Shown piece after piece: positions 18,048 to 27,547 of a stretch of DNA of 41,634 nt; position 1 is the first letter of the stretch, and each line of letters opens with the position of its first letter. Position numbers and translations under genes: made by a program. Origin of the DNA: an uncultured Methanosarcinales archaeon (GTDB lineage Archaea > Nanobdellota > Nanobdellia > Woesearchaeales > CALCXY01). The DNA lies in assembly GCA_964385185.1 (NCBI GenBank), contig CAYLOA010000007.1:1-41634 (forward strand), given 5' to 3'. Under the pieces are notes generated by a model. That model did no database searches and was not told where the DNA came from. It saw only the letters and a program-made list of their open reading frames with translations.

Positions 18048-21000
18048 ATGACAAAAATAAACAAAATCGTTCTCGACGGGTTCAAATCCTTCGGAAAACG
18101 AACCGAGCTACTGTTCGGAAATAATTTTAATTGTGTTTTAGGCCCAAACGGTTCAGGAAAATCAAATATTCTTGACGCCCTGGCATTCGTCCTAGGTAAA
18201 TCCTCATCAAAATCAATGCGAGCAGAAAAAACTGCAAACTTAATCTACAATGGGGGAAAATCCAAGAAGGGTGCAAAACAAGGTGAAGTATCAATCTTCT
18301 TCGACAACTCAACAAAAATTTTCCCCACAAAAGATCAGGTGCTTAAAGTTTCAAGATTTATAAAAAAAGACGGTGCTTCTAAATACAAAATTAATGATGA
18401 AAGTAGAACAAGACAACAAGTCGTCGACGTATTAAACTATGGAAGAATCCATCCAGACGCCTATAACATTATCATGCAAGGGGATATTGTAAAGATGGCA
18501 GAGATGACTCCTATGGAAAGACGAGGGGTAATTGATGAAATCTCAGGAATATCTATCTATGAAGAAAAGAAAGACAAAGCAGTAAAGGAGCTCCAAAAAG
18601 TAGATGGCAAATTAGGAGAAGCAGAGATTGTGTTAAAAGAAAGAAAAACATATTTAAAAGAACTCAGAACAGACCGAGATCAAGCTTTAAAATACAAAGA
18701 CCTGAATGACAAAGTCAGGACGAACAAAGCTTCCTACTTAAATCTACAAATCCAACGACAAAAGAAAGACAGAGATAAAATTCAAACCGATATAACAAAA
18801 ATAAAAGAAGATTCAGATAAAGGACAAAAAAGAATTGACGAGATAAATGAAGAAATAGAAAATAAGAATACACAATTAGACGAAATTAAAGTAGAAATTG
18901 AACAAAAGGGAGAGAAAGCTCAAGTTGAAATTCAAAAAGAATTGGACACATTAAGAACTGATGTAGCAACAAACAAAACACGAGTTTCAAGCATTCAAAA
19001 CGAACTAGTCAAAATCCAACAAAGAAAAGACCAACTCCAAAACAACTTATCAGACATTGATGAGAAAATGGAGACCTTCTCCACAGAAAAGAAAGATTTC
19101 GAAGAAAGAAAAGATGTCTATGTTAAAGAATTAGAAGAAGTAGAAAAAAAGATTTCCTCATTCAAAGAAAAACATCATTTTGACAAAGAAGGAGAATCAA
19201 TTGAAACTATGATTGAAGAAATTGATAAATCTTCAGAAGATAAACAACTAGAAATTCAAAACTTAAGAGAAAAACAACAATCACTCTTAAGAGAAAAAGA
19301 CAAAGCAGAATTTCAAATTCGAACGATAGATGAAAAAATAGAAAAAGTTGCTGAAATTGAAAAAGGTCATAAAAAAGAAATTGACGACCTAAAAAGCAAA
19401 AAAGCACAATTCAAAGTAACAAAGAAAGATCTAGAATTAAAACTGGACGAACTCACCAATCTTTCTCAAAAACTACTGGATACAGAGAAACATCTCCACA
19501 CCCATAGATCAGCATTATCAAGATTACAAGCTCAAGATGAAGGAAACAAAGAATCTATGTTTGCCAATCTAGCAGTAAAGAAAATCTTAGAAAATAAATC
19601 CAAGTTTGGAACTATCCATGGAACAGTAGCCGAATTAGGAAATGTTCCTGCAAAATACGCTCCTGCTCTAGAATCAGCTGCAGGTCCAAGAATGAACTCC
19701 ATTGTAACAGATTCAGACGATGTTGCAGCCAAATGTATTTCCTACTTAAAAAATAACAAATTGGGACGAGCTACATTCCTCCCAATCAATAAATTAAAAC
19801 CAGCAAATAAAGATTCTTCAATTAAAAACATTTCACAAAATGGAGTAGAAGGCTTAGCAGTTGATTTAGTAACATATGATAAAAAGTTTGAAAAAGTCTT
19901 CTCCTATGTATTCCAATCAACATTAGTGGTTAAAGACATTCCAACAGCCCAAAAAGTAGGCATTGGAAAAGCAAGAATGGTAACCTTAGATGGGGACTTA
20001 ACAGAGACTTCTGGAGCCATGCACGGAGGATATCGTTCTAAACGATTAACTTCATTCAAAGATAACTCTATCGAAAAGAACATCACAGCTACTCAATCAG
20101 CATTAACTGAAGCAGAATCCCTTCAAAAATCTCTTACAACAAGAAAAGTACAATTAGAGACAGAAGTAGTCCATCTAAGAGAAGGAAAAGCAGAATTAGA
20201 AGGAGATATTATTAGAACAGAAAAGGGCCTCCATCTAGATTCATCAGACCTTGACGCTTCCAAATCATACAAGGAAGAATTAAAACAAACTCTCACTCAA
20301 GTGGACAAGGACATGGTGGATGTAGATAATAGCATAAACTCAGTGAATAAAGACTTAGCTCAAGTAAAAATAAAGAAACAAGAATTACGAGATAAAATTT
20401 CCCAATTAAAACAACCTACATTAATTGCAGAATTAAATGCTTTTGAGCAAAAGAGAAACGAAACAAGAGAACAAATTATCCAAATTGATGGGGAAATTAA
20501 ATCCATCAATACAAGAACAGAAGAAATATTTGGACGAGATAAATCAAATACTGCAAAAATTGTTTCAGATATTGAAAAAGAAGAAATCGAATTTTCGGAA
20601 GAGCTCACAATCCTAAAGGAAAAAATTTCAGGCCAAGAATCATCCTTACAAAAGAAAGAACAATCTCAACAAGACTTCAACACAAAATTCAGAGATTTAT
20701 TTACACAAAGATCTACCATACATGAAGAGACCGGAAAGTTAGAAAATGAAGTAGAATTGATCCAAGAAAGAAAACGAGACAAAGATAAACGTTCAAACAC
20801 ATTATCCTTACAAATTGCTCAAGTAAAGGCACACATAGCAGGTCTAAAGGAGGAGTTTGCTCAATATGAAGGAGTAAAACTAGTCACCTCCAAAAATGAA
20901 CAAGACCTAAAGAAAGAAATCAATGATTTCGAACGATTAAAGGATAAAATGGGTAATGTAAACTTACGAGCTTTGGAAATTTATGAAACAGTTGAAAAAG

Positions 21001-21539
21001 AATACGCAAACTTAAACGAGAAGAAAGATACTTTGTTGAAAGAAAAAGAAGATATCGATTTATTAATGGGCGAAATTGAAGGAAAGAAAACAGACCTATT
21101 CATGAAAACATTTACAGCAGTAAACAACAACTTCAAAAGAATATTTGGTACACTCCAGAAGAAAGGAGATGCATACCTAGAAGTTGAAAATCCTGCCCAA
21201 CCATTTGAGGGCGGTCTTCATTTCAACGTAAGACTAACAGGAAATAAATTTATGGATATCCGTTCACTCTCCGGCGGAGAAAAAACATTAACAGCTTTAG
21301 CATTCATTTTCGCAGTCCAAGAACACGATCCAGCATCATTCTATGTCTTAGATGAGGTTGACGCTGCTCTAGATAAACATAATTCAGAAAAGTTCGCAAA
21401 CTTAATCGGAACATATGCAAATAAAGCCCAATATGTGATCATCTCACACAACGACCAAGTCATCTCCGAAGCTGAAAACTTATACGGAGTTTCTATGAAC
21501 GAACATGGACAAAGTAAAGTTGTCAGTCTTAAAATTTAA
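18048..21539 (+). CDS. smc: Chromosome segregation protein SMC
   Basis: GFKSF, GPNGSGKSN, hinge GRATFLP...GAMHGG, LSGGEK, LDEVDAALD; long coiled coils. Confidence 0.97.
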   Translation: MTKINKIVLDGFKSFGKRTELLFGNNFNCVLGPNGSGKSNILDALAFVLGKSSSKSMRAEKTANLIYNGGKSKKGAKQGEVSIFFDNSTKIFPTKDQVLKVSRFIKKDGASKYKINDESRTRQQVVDVLNYGRIHPDAYNIIMQGDIVKMAEMTPMERRGVIDEISGISIYEEKKDKAVKELQKVDGKLGEAEIVLKERKTYLKELRTDRDQALKYKDLNDKVRTNKASYLNLQIQRQKKDRDKIQTDITKIKEDSDKGQKRIDEINEEIENKNTQLDEIKVEIEQKGEKAQVEIQKELDTLRTDVATNKTRVSSIQNELVKIQQRKDQLQNNLSDIDEKMETFSTEKKDFEERKDVYVKELEEVEKKISSFKEKHHFDKEGESIETMIEEIDKSSEDKQLEIQNLREKQQSLLREKDKAEFQIRTIDEKIEKVAEIEKGHKKEIDDLKSKKAQFKVTKKDLELKLDELTNLSQKLLDTEKHLHTHRSALSRLQAQDEGNKESMFANLAVKKILENKSKFGTIHGTVAELGNVPAKYAPALESAAGPRMNSIVTDSDDVAAKCISYLKNNKLGRATFLPINKLKPANKDSSIKNISQNGVEGLAVDLVTYDKKFEKVFSYVFQSTLVVKDIPTAQKVGIGKARMVTLDGDLTETSGAMHGGYRSKRLTSFKDNSIEKNITATQSALTEAESLQKSLTTRKVQLETEVVHLREGKAELEGDIIRTEKGLHLDSSDLDASKSYKEELKQTLTQVDKDMVDVDNSINSVNKDLAQVKIKKQELRDKISQLKQPTLIAELNAFEQKRNETREQIIQIDGEIKSINTRTEEIFGRDKSNTAKIVSDIEKEEIEFSEELTILKEKISGQESSLQKKEQSQQDFNTKFRDLFTQRSTIHEETGKLENEVELIQERKRDKDKRSNTLSLQIAQVKAHIAGLKEEFAQYEGVKLVTSKNEQDLKKEINDFERLKDKMGNVNLRALEIYETVEKEYANLNEKKDTLLKEKEDIDLLMGEIEGKKTDLFMKTFTAVNNNFKRIFGTLQKKGDAYLEVENPAQPFEGGLHFNVRLTGNKFMDIRSLSGGEKTLTALAFIFAVQEHDPASFYVLDEVDAALDKHNSEKFANLIGTYANKAQYVIISHNDQVISEAENLYGVSMNEHGQSKVVSLKI

Positions 21540-22645
21540 CCCAATACTTTCTTAATATCACTAACAGTATTCTCCCATGGAAATCTCTCAATAATAGTAG
21601 CTCTTGCACGTAATCCTAACTGCTCACGCAATCCTGGATCTCCAATAAGCTTTTCTAACTGTTCAACAAGTTTTCGAACATTTCCACGACCAAAAAAAAG
21701 ACCATTAATTCCTTCTTTAACATAGCTTCTCAAAAATCCAACAGGAGTCACAACAACAGCTTTTCCACATGACATGGCTTCCATAGTAGCAATACTAGAA
21801 GTCTCAGTAAGAGATGAAAGAACAAACATATCCATGGCTTGATAGTAAGGAACAACATTATCCTGTCCACCCACTAAAGTAACACCACTCTTCCTCAATC
21901 TTTCCACTTCTTCAGGTATTCCCTCACCAACAACCAACAACTGAATATCTCTATATTTCTTTCTTAAAATTACAAATGCCCTCTCCAACGTCCCTAAATC
22001 TTTCTCTCGAGCAATCCTACCTACATATCCAATAACAATATCTTTTCTACGAAACTTTAATTTCTTCTTAGCTTCCCCCCTATTGCCTGGAACAAAACTA
22101 TCACTATCTGTCCCCACATGAACAATTTTTTTAGGGGGTCGAATTTTCTCTCGAACCAAGACATGCCGAATCTCAGACGAAGGAACTAAAATAACATCAC
22201 ATTTGTTATACAAATAAGTGGCAACTTTCTTAGTGACAGTATATGCAAATTCTTTATATCTCTTAACACTTTTACTCACCAGTTCCCATTCTATGGAGTG
22301 CATATAAGAGATAACTTTCTTTTTCTGCTTAGAGGCATAATAAATCGCAGGAGCTCCTATTGGACCAATACTCTGACTAAACACAACATCACTAGAAGCA
22401 ACAAGTTTCTTAATTTTCCGTAAATCAATAACACTAGGTGTATAATCTCCAATAGTAACCTTTTGCAAAGGAATCCTAATCAACGTAATTCCTGGAAATT
22501 TAACTCGTGTACCTACAAAAGCCGGTGCAACAACAGTAATATCATACTCACCTGTCAATCGAGGTATAATCTCAGAAAGAAAACGTGCAACACCATCCCA
22601 TCTAGGCAAAAAAGAATCTGTCGCAATTAAGAGTTTACGTTTCAT
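21536..22645 (-). CDS. Glycosyltransferase family 4 (GT-B)
   Basis: DSFLPRWDGV, YVGRIAREK, ETSSIATMEAMSCG. Confidence 0.9.
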   Translation of the reverse strand: MKRKLLIATDSFLPRWDGVARFLSEIIPRLTGEYDITVVAPAFVGTRVKFPGITLIRIPLQKVTIGDYTPSVIDLRKIKKLVASSDVVFSQSIGPIGAPAIYYASKQKKKVISYMHSIEWELVSKSVKRYKEFAYTVTKKVATYLYNKCDVILVPSSEIRHVLVREKIRPPKKIVHVGTDSDSFVPGNRGEAKKKLKFRRKDIVIGYVGRIAREKDLGTLERAFVILRKKYRDIQLLVVGEGIPEEVERLRKSGVTLVGGQDNVVPYYQAMDMFVLSSLTETSSIATMEAMSCGKAVVVTPVGFLRSYVKEGINGLFFGRGNVRKLVEQLEKLIGDPGLREQLGLRARATIIERFPWENTVSDIKKVLG

Positions 22646-23289
22646 TGTATCTTAAAAAATACTTCTGCATATCTACAATTTTTCTTCCGTCCATTCACTA
22701 TGGCTTGAAAATACACACTCCATAACAAACTAATAATACTCCCCATCTGGCTTTTATGCACTAAAAATGATTTTATCTTTTTACCAAAGGTTTTAGAAAT
22801 GTTAACAATAAGTTTAGGTTCATTACGACGCCTAACATTAAGAGGATTCCACACATTGAAGCTATACACATCTCCTTTAAACTTCACCAATTTAACGACA
22901 TCCATAACCACTTTCAAAACAGCTCTATGGTCAGGATGAGGATCGTCCATATTATGTGTAAAAATTTTATCAGGTTTTTCTTTAGAGAAGATTTTCTTAA
23001 GCATCTCACGAGCTTTTAACTGTTCTTTAACATCCAACAAATTTCCTTCATGAAGATCTAAGAACTCAACTCCACCACCACCAAGAATTTTATCACTCTT
23101 AATTGCTTCTCTAATTCTTTCTTTACGAATAACTCCTCTTTTCAGATGAGGGTGACTATTTTCACCTACAAAGAACACATAGGTTTTAACCTTTTTACCC
23201 TCTTCAATATATCGGGCCATGGTGCCACCTGCACCAATAATCTGATCATCATTATGCGCACATAATACTAAGACTTTTTCCTTTACCAT
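22642..23289 (-). CDS. PIG-L/LmbE family deacetylase
   Basis: AHNDD...GAGGT and DPHPDH motifs; coupled to the GT4 gene. Confidence 0.9.
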   Translation of the reverse strand: MVKEKVLVLCAHNDDQIIGAGGTMARYIEEGKKVKTYVFFVGENSHPHLKRGVIRKERIREAIKSDKILGGGGVEFLDLHEGNLLDVKEQLKAREMLKKIFSKEKPDKIFTHNMDDPHPDHRAVLKVVMDVVKLVKFKGDVYSFNVWNPLNVRRRNEPKLIVNISKTFGKKIKSFLVHKSQMGSIISLLWSVYFQAIVNGRKKNCRYAEVFFKIQ

Positions 23290-23325
23290 AACTATGAAAG
23301 AACTAAAGCGGTATAAAAAAGTTCC

Positions 23326-23880
23326 CTATTTTATACTAACCTTAACCATCTTAATTTCTTCTTTGGGTCGATCACTGCCATCAACTTCTACCTTTCCAAT
23401 CTGTTCAATAATGGGCATTCCGATGACAACTTTCCCAAAAATAGCATGTCTCCCATCAAGATGTGGTGTAGGGCCTAGAGTAATAAAGAATTGACTCCCA
23501 CCTGTATTAGGTCCAGCATTAGCCATACTTAAAATTCCTTTAGAATCATGTTTTAATCCAGGTCCAAACTCATCTTTAATCTCATATCCAGGACCACCTG
23601 TTCCATCTCCACTAGGATCTCCTCCCTGAATCATAAAACCATCAATAACTCTGTGAAATATAATACCATCATAAAATCCTTTTTCAATTAAATCTACAAA
23701 ATTCTTTGTTGTAGCTGGTGCTTTGTCTTCATAAAGTTCAATCTCAACATTACCCATACTTGTTTCCATTAAAACGTGTCTGTTCATATTCTCTCCCCCG
23801 TTGTTATCCACATTAGTTTCCACAGAACCTGCACAACCTAATAGAATAATCAAACTTAGTAATATTAGCTCTTTTTTCAT
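23326..23880 (-). CDS. Cyclophilin-type peptidyl-prolyl isomerase with lipoprotein-type signal peptide
   Basis: FHRVIDGFMIQGGDP, SMANAGPNTGGSQFFIT; MKKELILLSLIILLGC lipobox. Confidence 0.93.
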   Translation of the reverse strand: MKKELILLSLIILLGCAGSVETNVDNNGGENMNRHVLMETSMGNVEIELYEDKAPATTKNFVDLIEKGFYDGIIFHRVIDGFMIQGGDPSGDGTGGPGYEIKDEFGPGLKHDSKGILSMANAGPNTGGSQFFITLGPTPHLDGRHAIFGKVVIGMPIIEQIGKVEVDGSDRPKEEIKMVKVSIK

Positions 23881-24099
23881 ATTCCAAAATATTTTCCCAA
23901 ATCCGTAAATACCACTAGACAAGTAGAGCTAAAGTATATAAATCTTCTCGTCTTATTACATTTCAGGAAAAAGGGGAAAGTAAAGTTAACATAAATTTTC
24001 TTTCGGAAAATCACGAAATGAATTTAAGCTTCCTTTACTGAAAGGTCTCTTTTTCTTAATCCAAAGTTTAAAGAATTGAAAACTTTGGAGGTAATCGAA

Positions 24100-24840
24100 A
24101 TGAATAAGCGAGAAAAAATAATACAACTGATCAAACAAGATAAATCAATAAATCATATATCCAGAACACTTGAGGTAGGAAAATCCACCATTTACTACCA
24201 TTACAAAAAGATCAAAGGCAGAAAAATCAAAGAAGTGAAGATTAATGGCACAGATGACATGATTGGTGAATTTATAGGATTATTTGCAGGAGATGGGTGT
24301 TTTTACAAGGCAAAGAATTACCTTTATAGAATATATTTGATTTTTAATATCACCGAAAAGAATTTTGTTTTAGAAACTAAAGATTTACTAACAAAATTAT
24401 TTGATAAATCACCATCTATGTATAGAAGCCTAAATACGTTGATTCTTTTATATAGATCAAGAGACATATTTGATTTCATAATGTCCTATTTGCAGTGGAG
24501 TCCATATAAAAGAAAGGCTCATACAATTTGCCTGAGGAATCACAACCATTCAAGAGCGTTCAAAATTGGTTTCCTCCGTGGAAATGTAGACAGTGATGGT
24601 CACATTTCAAAAAATGTAATCAGTTTTGCTTCCTCCTCTCCATATCTGATTGATGATATTCGAAAGTTCCTTTCAGATTTAAATATCCAACATAAATATA
24701 GAGAGTATGAAGAAAGGAGAACAAATAGGGTAAATATGCATCATGTTAGAATTCTAAAAGAAGATAGAACGAAATTTATGTTATTAATCAAACCAAGAGA
24801 ATTGAAAAATTTAAAAAAGTATGCGCCGGCTGGGATTTGA
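24100..24840 (+). CDS. HTH-LAGLIDADG endonuclease-like protein
   Basis: FIGLFAGDG and FLRGNVDSDG motifs; HTH INHISRTLEVGKSTIYYH; GGAGGT SD; stop codon lies antisense within tRNA-Gly T-loop. Confidence 0.85.
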   Translation: MNKREKIIQLIKQDKSINHISRTLEVGKSTIYYHYKKIKGRKIKEVKINGTDDMIGEFIGLFAGDGCFYKAKNYLYRIYLIFNITEKNFVLETKDLLTKLFDKSPSMYRSLNTLILLYRSRDIFDFIMSYLQWSPYKRKAHTICLRNHNHSRAFKIGFLRGNVDSDGHISKNVISFASSSPYLIDDIRKFLSDLNIQHKYREYEERRTNRVNMHHVRILKEDRTKFMLLIKPRELKNLKKYAPAGI

Positions 24841-24920
24841 ACCCAGATAGATGGCTATCGACTTTTCCGAAAATTTCGGAAAATTGGAAGGCCACAGTCA
24901 TGCCATTAGACCACCGGCGC
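24822..24920 (-). tRNA. tRNA-Gly(TCC) with 28-nt intron at 37/38 (24857-24884)
   Basis: GCGCCGG/CCGGCGC acceptor stem; GTGGC-CTTCCA^intron^A-GCCAT; CTGGG-TTCAAAT-CCCAG. Confidence 0.93.
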
Positions 24921-24961
24921 ATTAGATAATAGAATGAATATCTGCTTTATAAAACTGACGT

Positions 24962-25549
24962 TTATTTCTCTCTTTTAACAATAAAAATCCAAGCAAGAAT
25001 TGCCCCAATAATATCAGCAACTAAATCCATAGAAGTATTAATATATCCACCTACTCCTGTCGCAGGCATTACAACTACTGCAGCAAACTCCAAAATTTCA
25101 TTGAGAGCTCCTAAACCGAGTCCTGCCATAACTACAACAATACCCACACCAACCCATCCATGCTTTTCAGATAAATGAGGTTTCAAAACTTCCCACATGA
25201 CAACAGTAGCCACAAAAAATCCAACGATATGCACAAATTGATCATATCTAAAAATATTATAGGTATCATTTAACCTTAAAATCATAAATTCATACAATCT
25301 ACCCTCTCCAACAGTAATCCATCCACCAGACATATGCAAAAATCCCCACAAGGACAATCCCCATACAGCAAATGGACTATAATCAATCTTATGACTACTC
25401 TTCAAAAGGACCCAAAAAAAGAATACAACAATACTCACATAAAACACGAATTCATAATTTTTCTGGCTAATATAGAATATTCCATAAAATAGCAGATACA
25501 AAAAAGTAACTAAGGCTACAGTCTTATATTTGGGTTTAATCAAGCTCAC
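24962..25549 (-). CDS. DUF2238/YjdF-like membrane protein
   Basis: Multiple TM segments; YDQFVH and GALNEILEF motifs. Confidence 0.7.
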   Translation of the reverse strand: MSLIKPKYKTVALVTFLYLLFYGIFYISQKNYEFVFYVSIVVFFFWVLLKSSHKIDYSPFAVWGLSLWGFLHMSGGWITVGEGRLYEFMILRLNDTYNIFRYDQFVHIVGFFVATVVMWEVLKPHLSEKHGWVGVGIVVVMAGLGLGALNEILEFAAVVVMPATGVGGYINTSMDLVADIIGAILAWIFIVKREK

Positions 25550-26567
25550 GCCTTAAATTAGAAGTAAACCTATTAAAATCTTCCTCTTTTACACAGAATC
25601 CGCAAGCTTGTTCGTGTCCGCCACCATATCCTTCAACACCAATAAGACTCTTATCCAGAATGGGCGGAAGTTTCATATGTTTCCCACAACGTAGACTTCC
25701 TTTAACTTGTCCACCTTTTTTCCGAGCTACGAGTACAACCTTCTTAGGATATCGATAAATCAATTCATTTGAGACATCAGCACTAAAGGACATAACATTT
25801 GCGTCGTAGATAAATTCAACAAGAGTTTCGTCCTTAACCGCTTCTCGAGCATCTTTCCACAATCGTTGATACAGTTCATTGATAGTTACAAACCGTTTCC
25901 AGATAAACTTTCCTTGTGCAGTAGTCTGACCTAAAATTTCCTCAGGGTCATCTATCCGAGTTAACACTTTAATATATTTCATAGCATCGTTAGTAGTCCC
26001 TTTCAAAATAAAACTAAACACTCGAATTAATGTACCCAAACGTGAATTGTAAATAGCATCAGGTGCAACATTAATTTTTTTATCCAATAACTTAGGATAT
26101 GCCTTCTGGAAGGCTTTAACTGTATCCGTATAGAACCAATCTGCAGTAATACCTAAGGCAGCTATCCATAAATCTTGTTGAACGGCTCCATAACACAATT
26201 CAGCTGTAGGACAATGCTTTTCTTTATCTGCTAGTCGTGGATTAAAGTATTTGACATTATTAATCTCTGCAGGTCCGTGATGATCAACCCATATAACAGG
26301 TCTTTTACACTTATCAACAAACTCTTGATCAACAACAGCAACATCTAGAATAAAGATTTTATCAGGATTATACTCTTCAACTTTAGGTAGTAATGTTTCA
26401 TCTAATTTAGGATGAGTTTTAACAATAATTCCCTTACCTTCTCGTTTGTATCTATAAAATAATAAAAATGAGCTTAATCCATCCGGATCATCATCGAAAA
26501 AGAACAAAGGTCTCTGACATTCGTCTAATTCTTTCTTTAAATCTTTGTATTGTTTGTCTGTTAGCAT
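25536..26567 (-). CDS. DHH/DHHA1 family phosphoesterase
   Basis: DDDPDG, ILD, WVDHH and GGGH motifs. Confidence 0.9.
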   Translation of the reverse strand: MLTDKQYKDLKKELDECQRPLFFFDDDPDGLSSFLLFYRYKREGKGIIVKTHPKLDETLLPKVEEYNPDKIFILDVAVVDQEFVDKCKRPVIWVDHHGPAEINNVKYFNPRLADKEKHCPTAELCYGAVQQDLWIAALGITADWFYTDTVKAFQKAYPKLLDKKINVAPDAIYNSRLGTLIRVFSFILKGTTNDAMKYIKVLTRIDDPEEILGQTTAQGKFIWKRFVTINELYQRLWKDAREAVKDETLVEFIYDANVMSFSADVSNELIYRYPKKVVLVARKKGGQVKGSLRCGKHMKLPPILDKSLIGVEGYGGGHEQACGFCVKEEDFNRFTSNLRRELD

Positions 26568-26634
26568 TTTTGGTCCGAGTATAAAAAAAATACACTAAAA
26601 ATAATGAGTATAACTTGGTTTATAAAGTTATGGT

Positions 26635-27333
26635 TCACGTCTTATAAGCCTCGAGTGTATACATCACACCTTCAGTTTTATTTGGTACATTTCCCACAGT
26701 AGAAAAACCACTTTTACTTAGAATATCCAAAGCCACATCTGTAGAAAGTAAAGATTGAGATCTACGTCCAGCTGTTCGCAAAAGTCTTTGACTTAAAATC
26801 TCAAATTCACTTTGATATTTCTCAAAAACATCTTGAGATTTTAATGACGCTTCTAATACCCTCACCAGTCGTTCCTGATCTCCCCCTTCTTTTCTAGCAG
26901 TAATAACAAAAACACCACCTGGTTTCAATACCCTGTGAGCTTCCCGAATATGTCCCTCATAATCATCTGACAAATGAGCAGCCATCATACTGCTTACCCC
27001 TTCAAATGCACAATCTTTAATTTCTTCCAAGTCAGCGATATCACCCTGAACAAAAGTTATTCGATCCAAAAACCCCTTCTCTTCTGCTTTGTCATATAGC
27101 TTCCTAAGAGACATCCCTGCACGATCATAACCTGTAACTGTTTTACCTGCTTCTAAATATTTAATAGTAAGATTGCCCGTTCCACAAGCAAGATCAATAA
27201 TCGGATTACAATCTTTCAATGCTTCCATATGTATCATCATCACATCCTGATAATGCGCAGACAAAGGCAAAAGTAAATCATACACTCTAAGAAATTCACG
27301 ATCGTCAAAAATATTTTTCAGTACACGAGGCAT
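26635..27333 (-). CDS. Class I SAM-dependent methyltransferase
   Basis: IIDLACGTG and HRVLKPGG; ATG 27333 preferred because of shared TATA at 27355-27364. Confidence 0.9.
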   Translation of the reverse strand: MPRVLKNIFDDREFLRVYDLLLPLSAHYQDVMMIHMEALKDCNPIIDLACGTGNLTIKYLEAGKTVTGYDRAGMSLRKLYDKAEEKGFLDRITFVQGDIADLEEIKDCAFEGVSSMMAAHLSDDYEGHIREAHRVLKPGGVFVITARKEGGDQERLVRVLEASLKSQDVFEKYQSEFEILSQRLLRTAGRRSQSLLSTDVALDILSKSGFSTVGNVPNKTEGVMYTLEAYKT

Positions 27334-27384
27334 AATTAAGGTAATTTTCATATCTTTTATAAAACCTGACATTATATTCCATAC

Positions 27385-27546
27385 ATGCCCAAATCAATCC
27401 GTATTTGCCCCAAATGTAAGTCAACAGACGTCTCCAAAGACTTTTCAACCATGTCCTACACTCAATCATCCTTCTTCAACCAATACAAGTGCAATAAATG
27501 CAAGTACAATTCACAATTCTTCCCAGAAATAGATATTGAGAAATAA
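27385..27546 (+). CDS. Small zinc-ribbon protein (53 aa), absent from the ORF track
   Basis: MPKSIRICPKCKSTDVSKDFSTMSYTQSSFFNQYKCNKCKYNSQFFPEIDIEK; two CxxC pairs; TATA upstream. Confidence 0.8.
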   Translation: MPKSIRICPKCKSTDVSKDFSTMSYTQSSFFNQYKCNKCKYNSQFFPEIDIEK

Positions 27547-27547
27547 T

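Noticed and set aside
18048..21539. SMC-based defence system (Wadjet-like)
   Set aside because: Canonical hinge-containing SMC; no jetABD-like neighbours; scpA/scpB are simply not in this window
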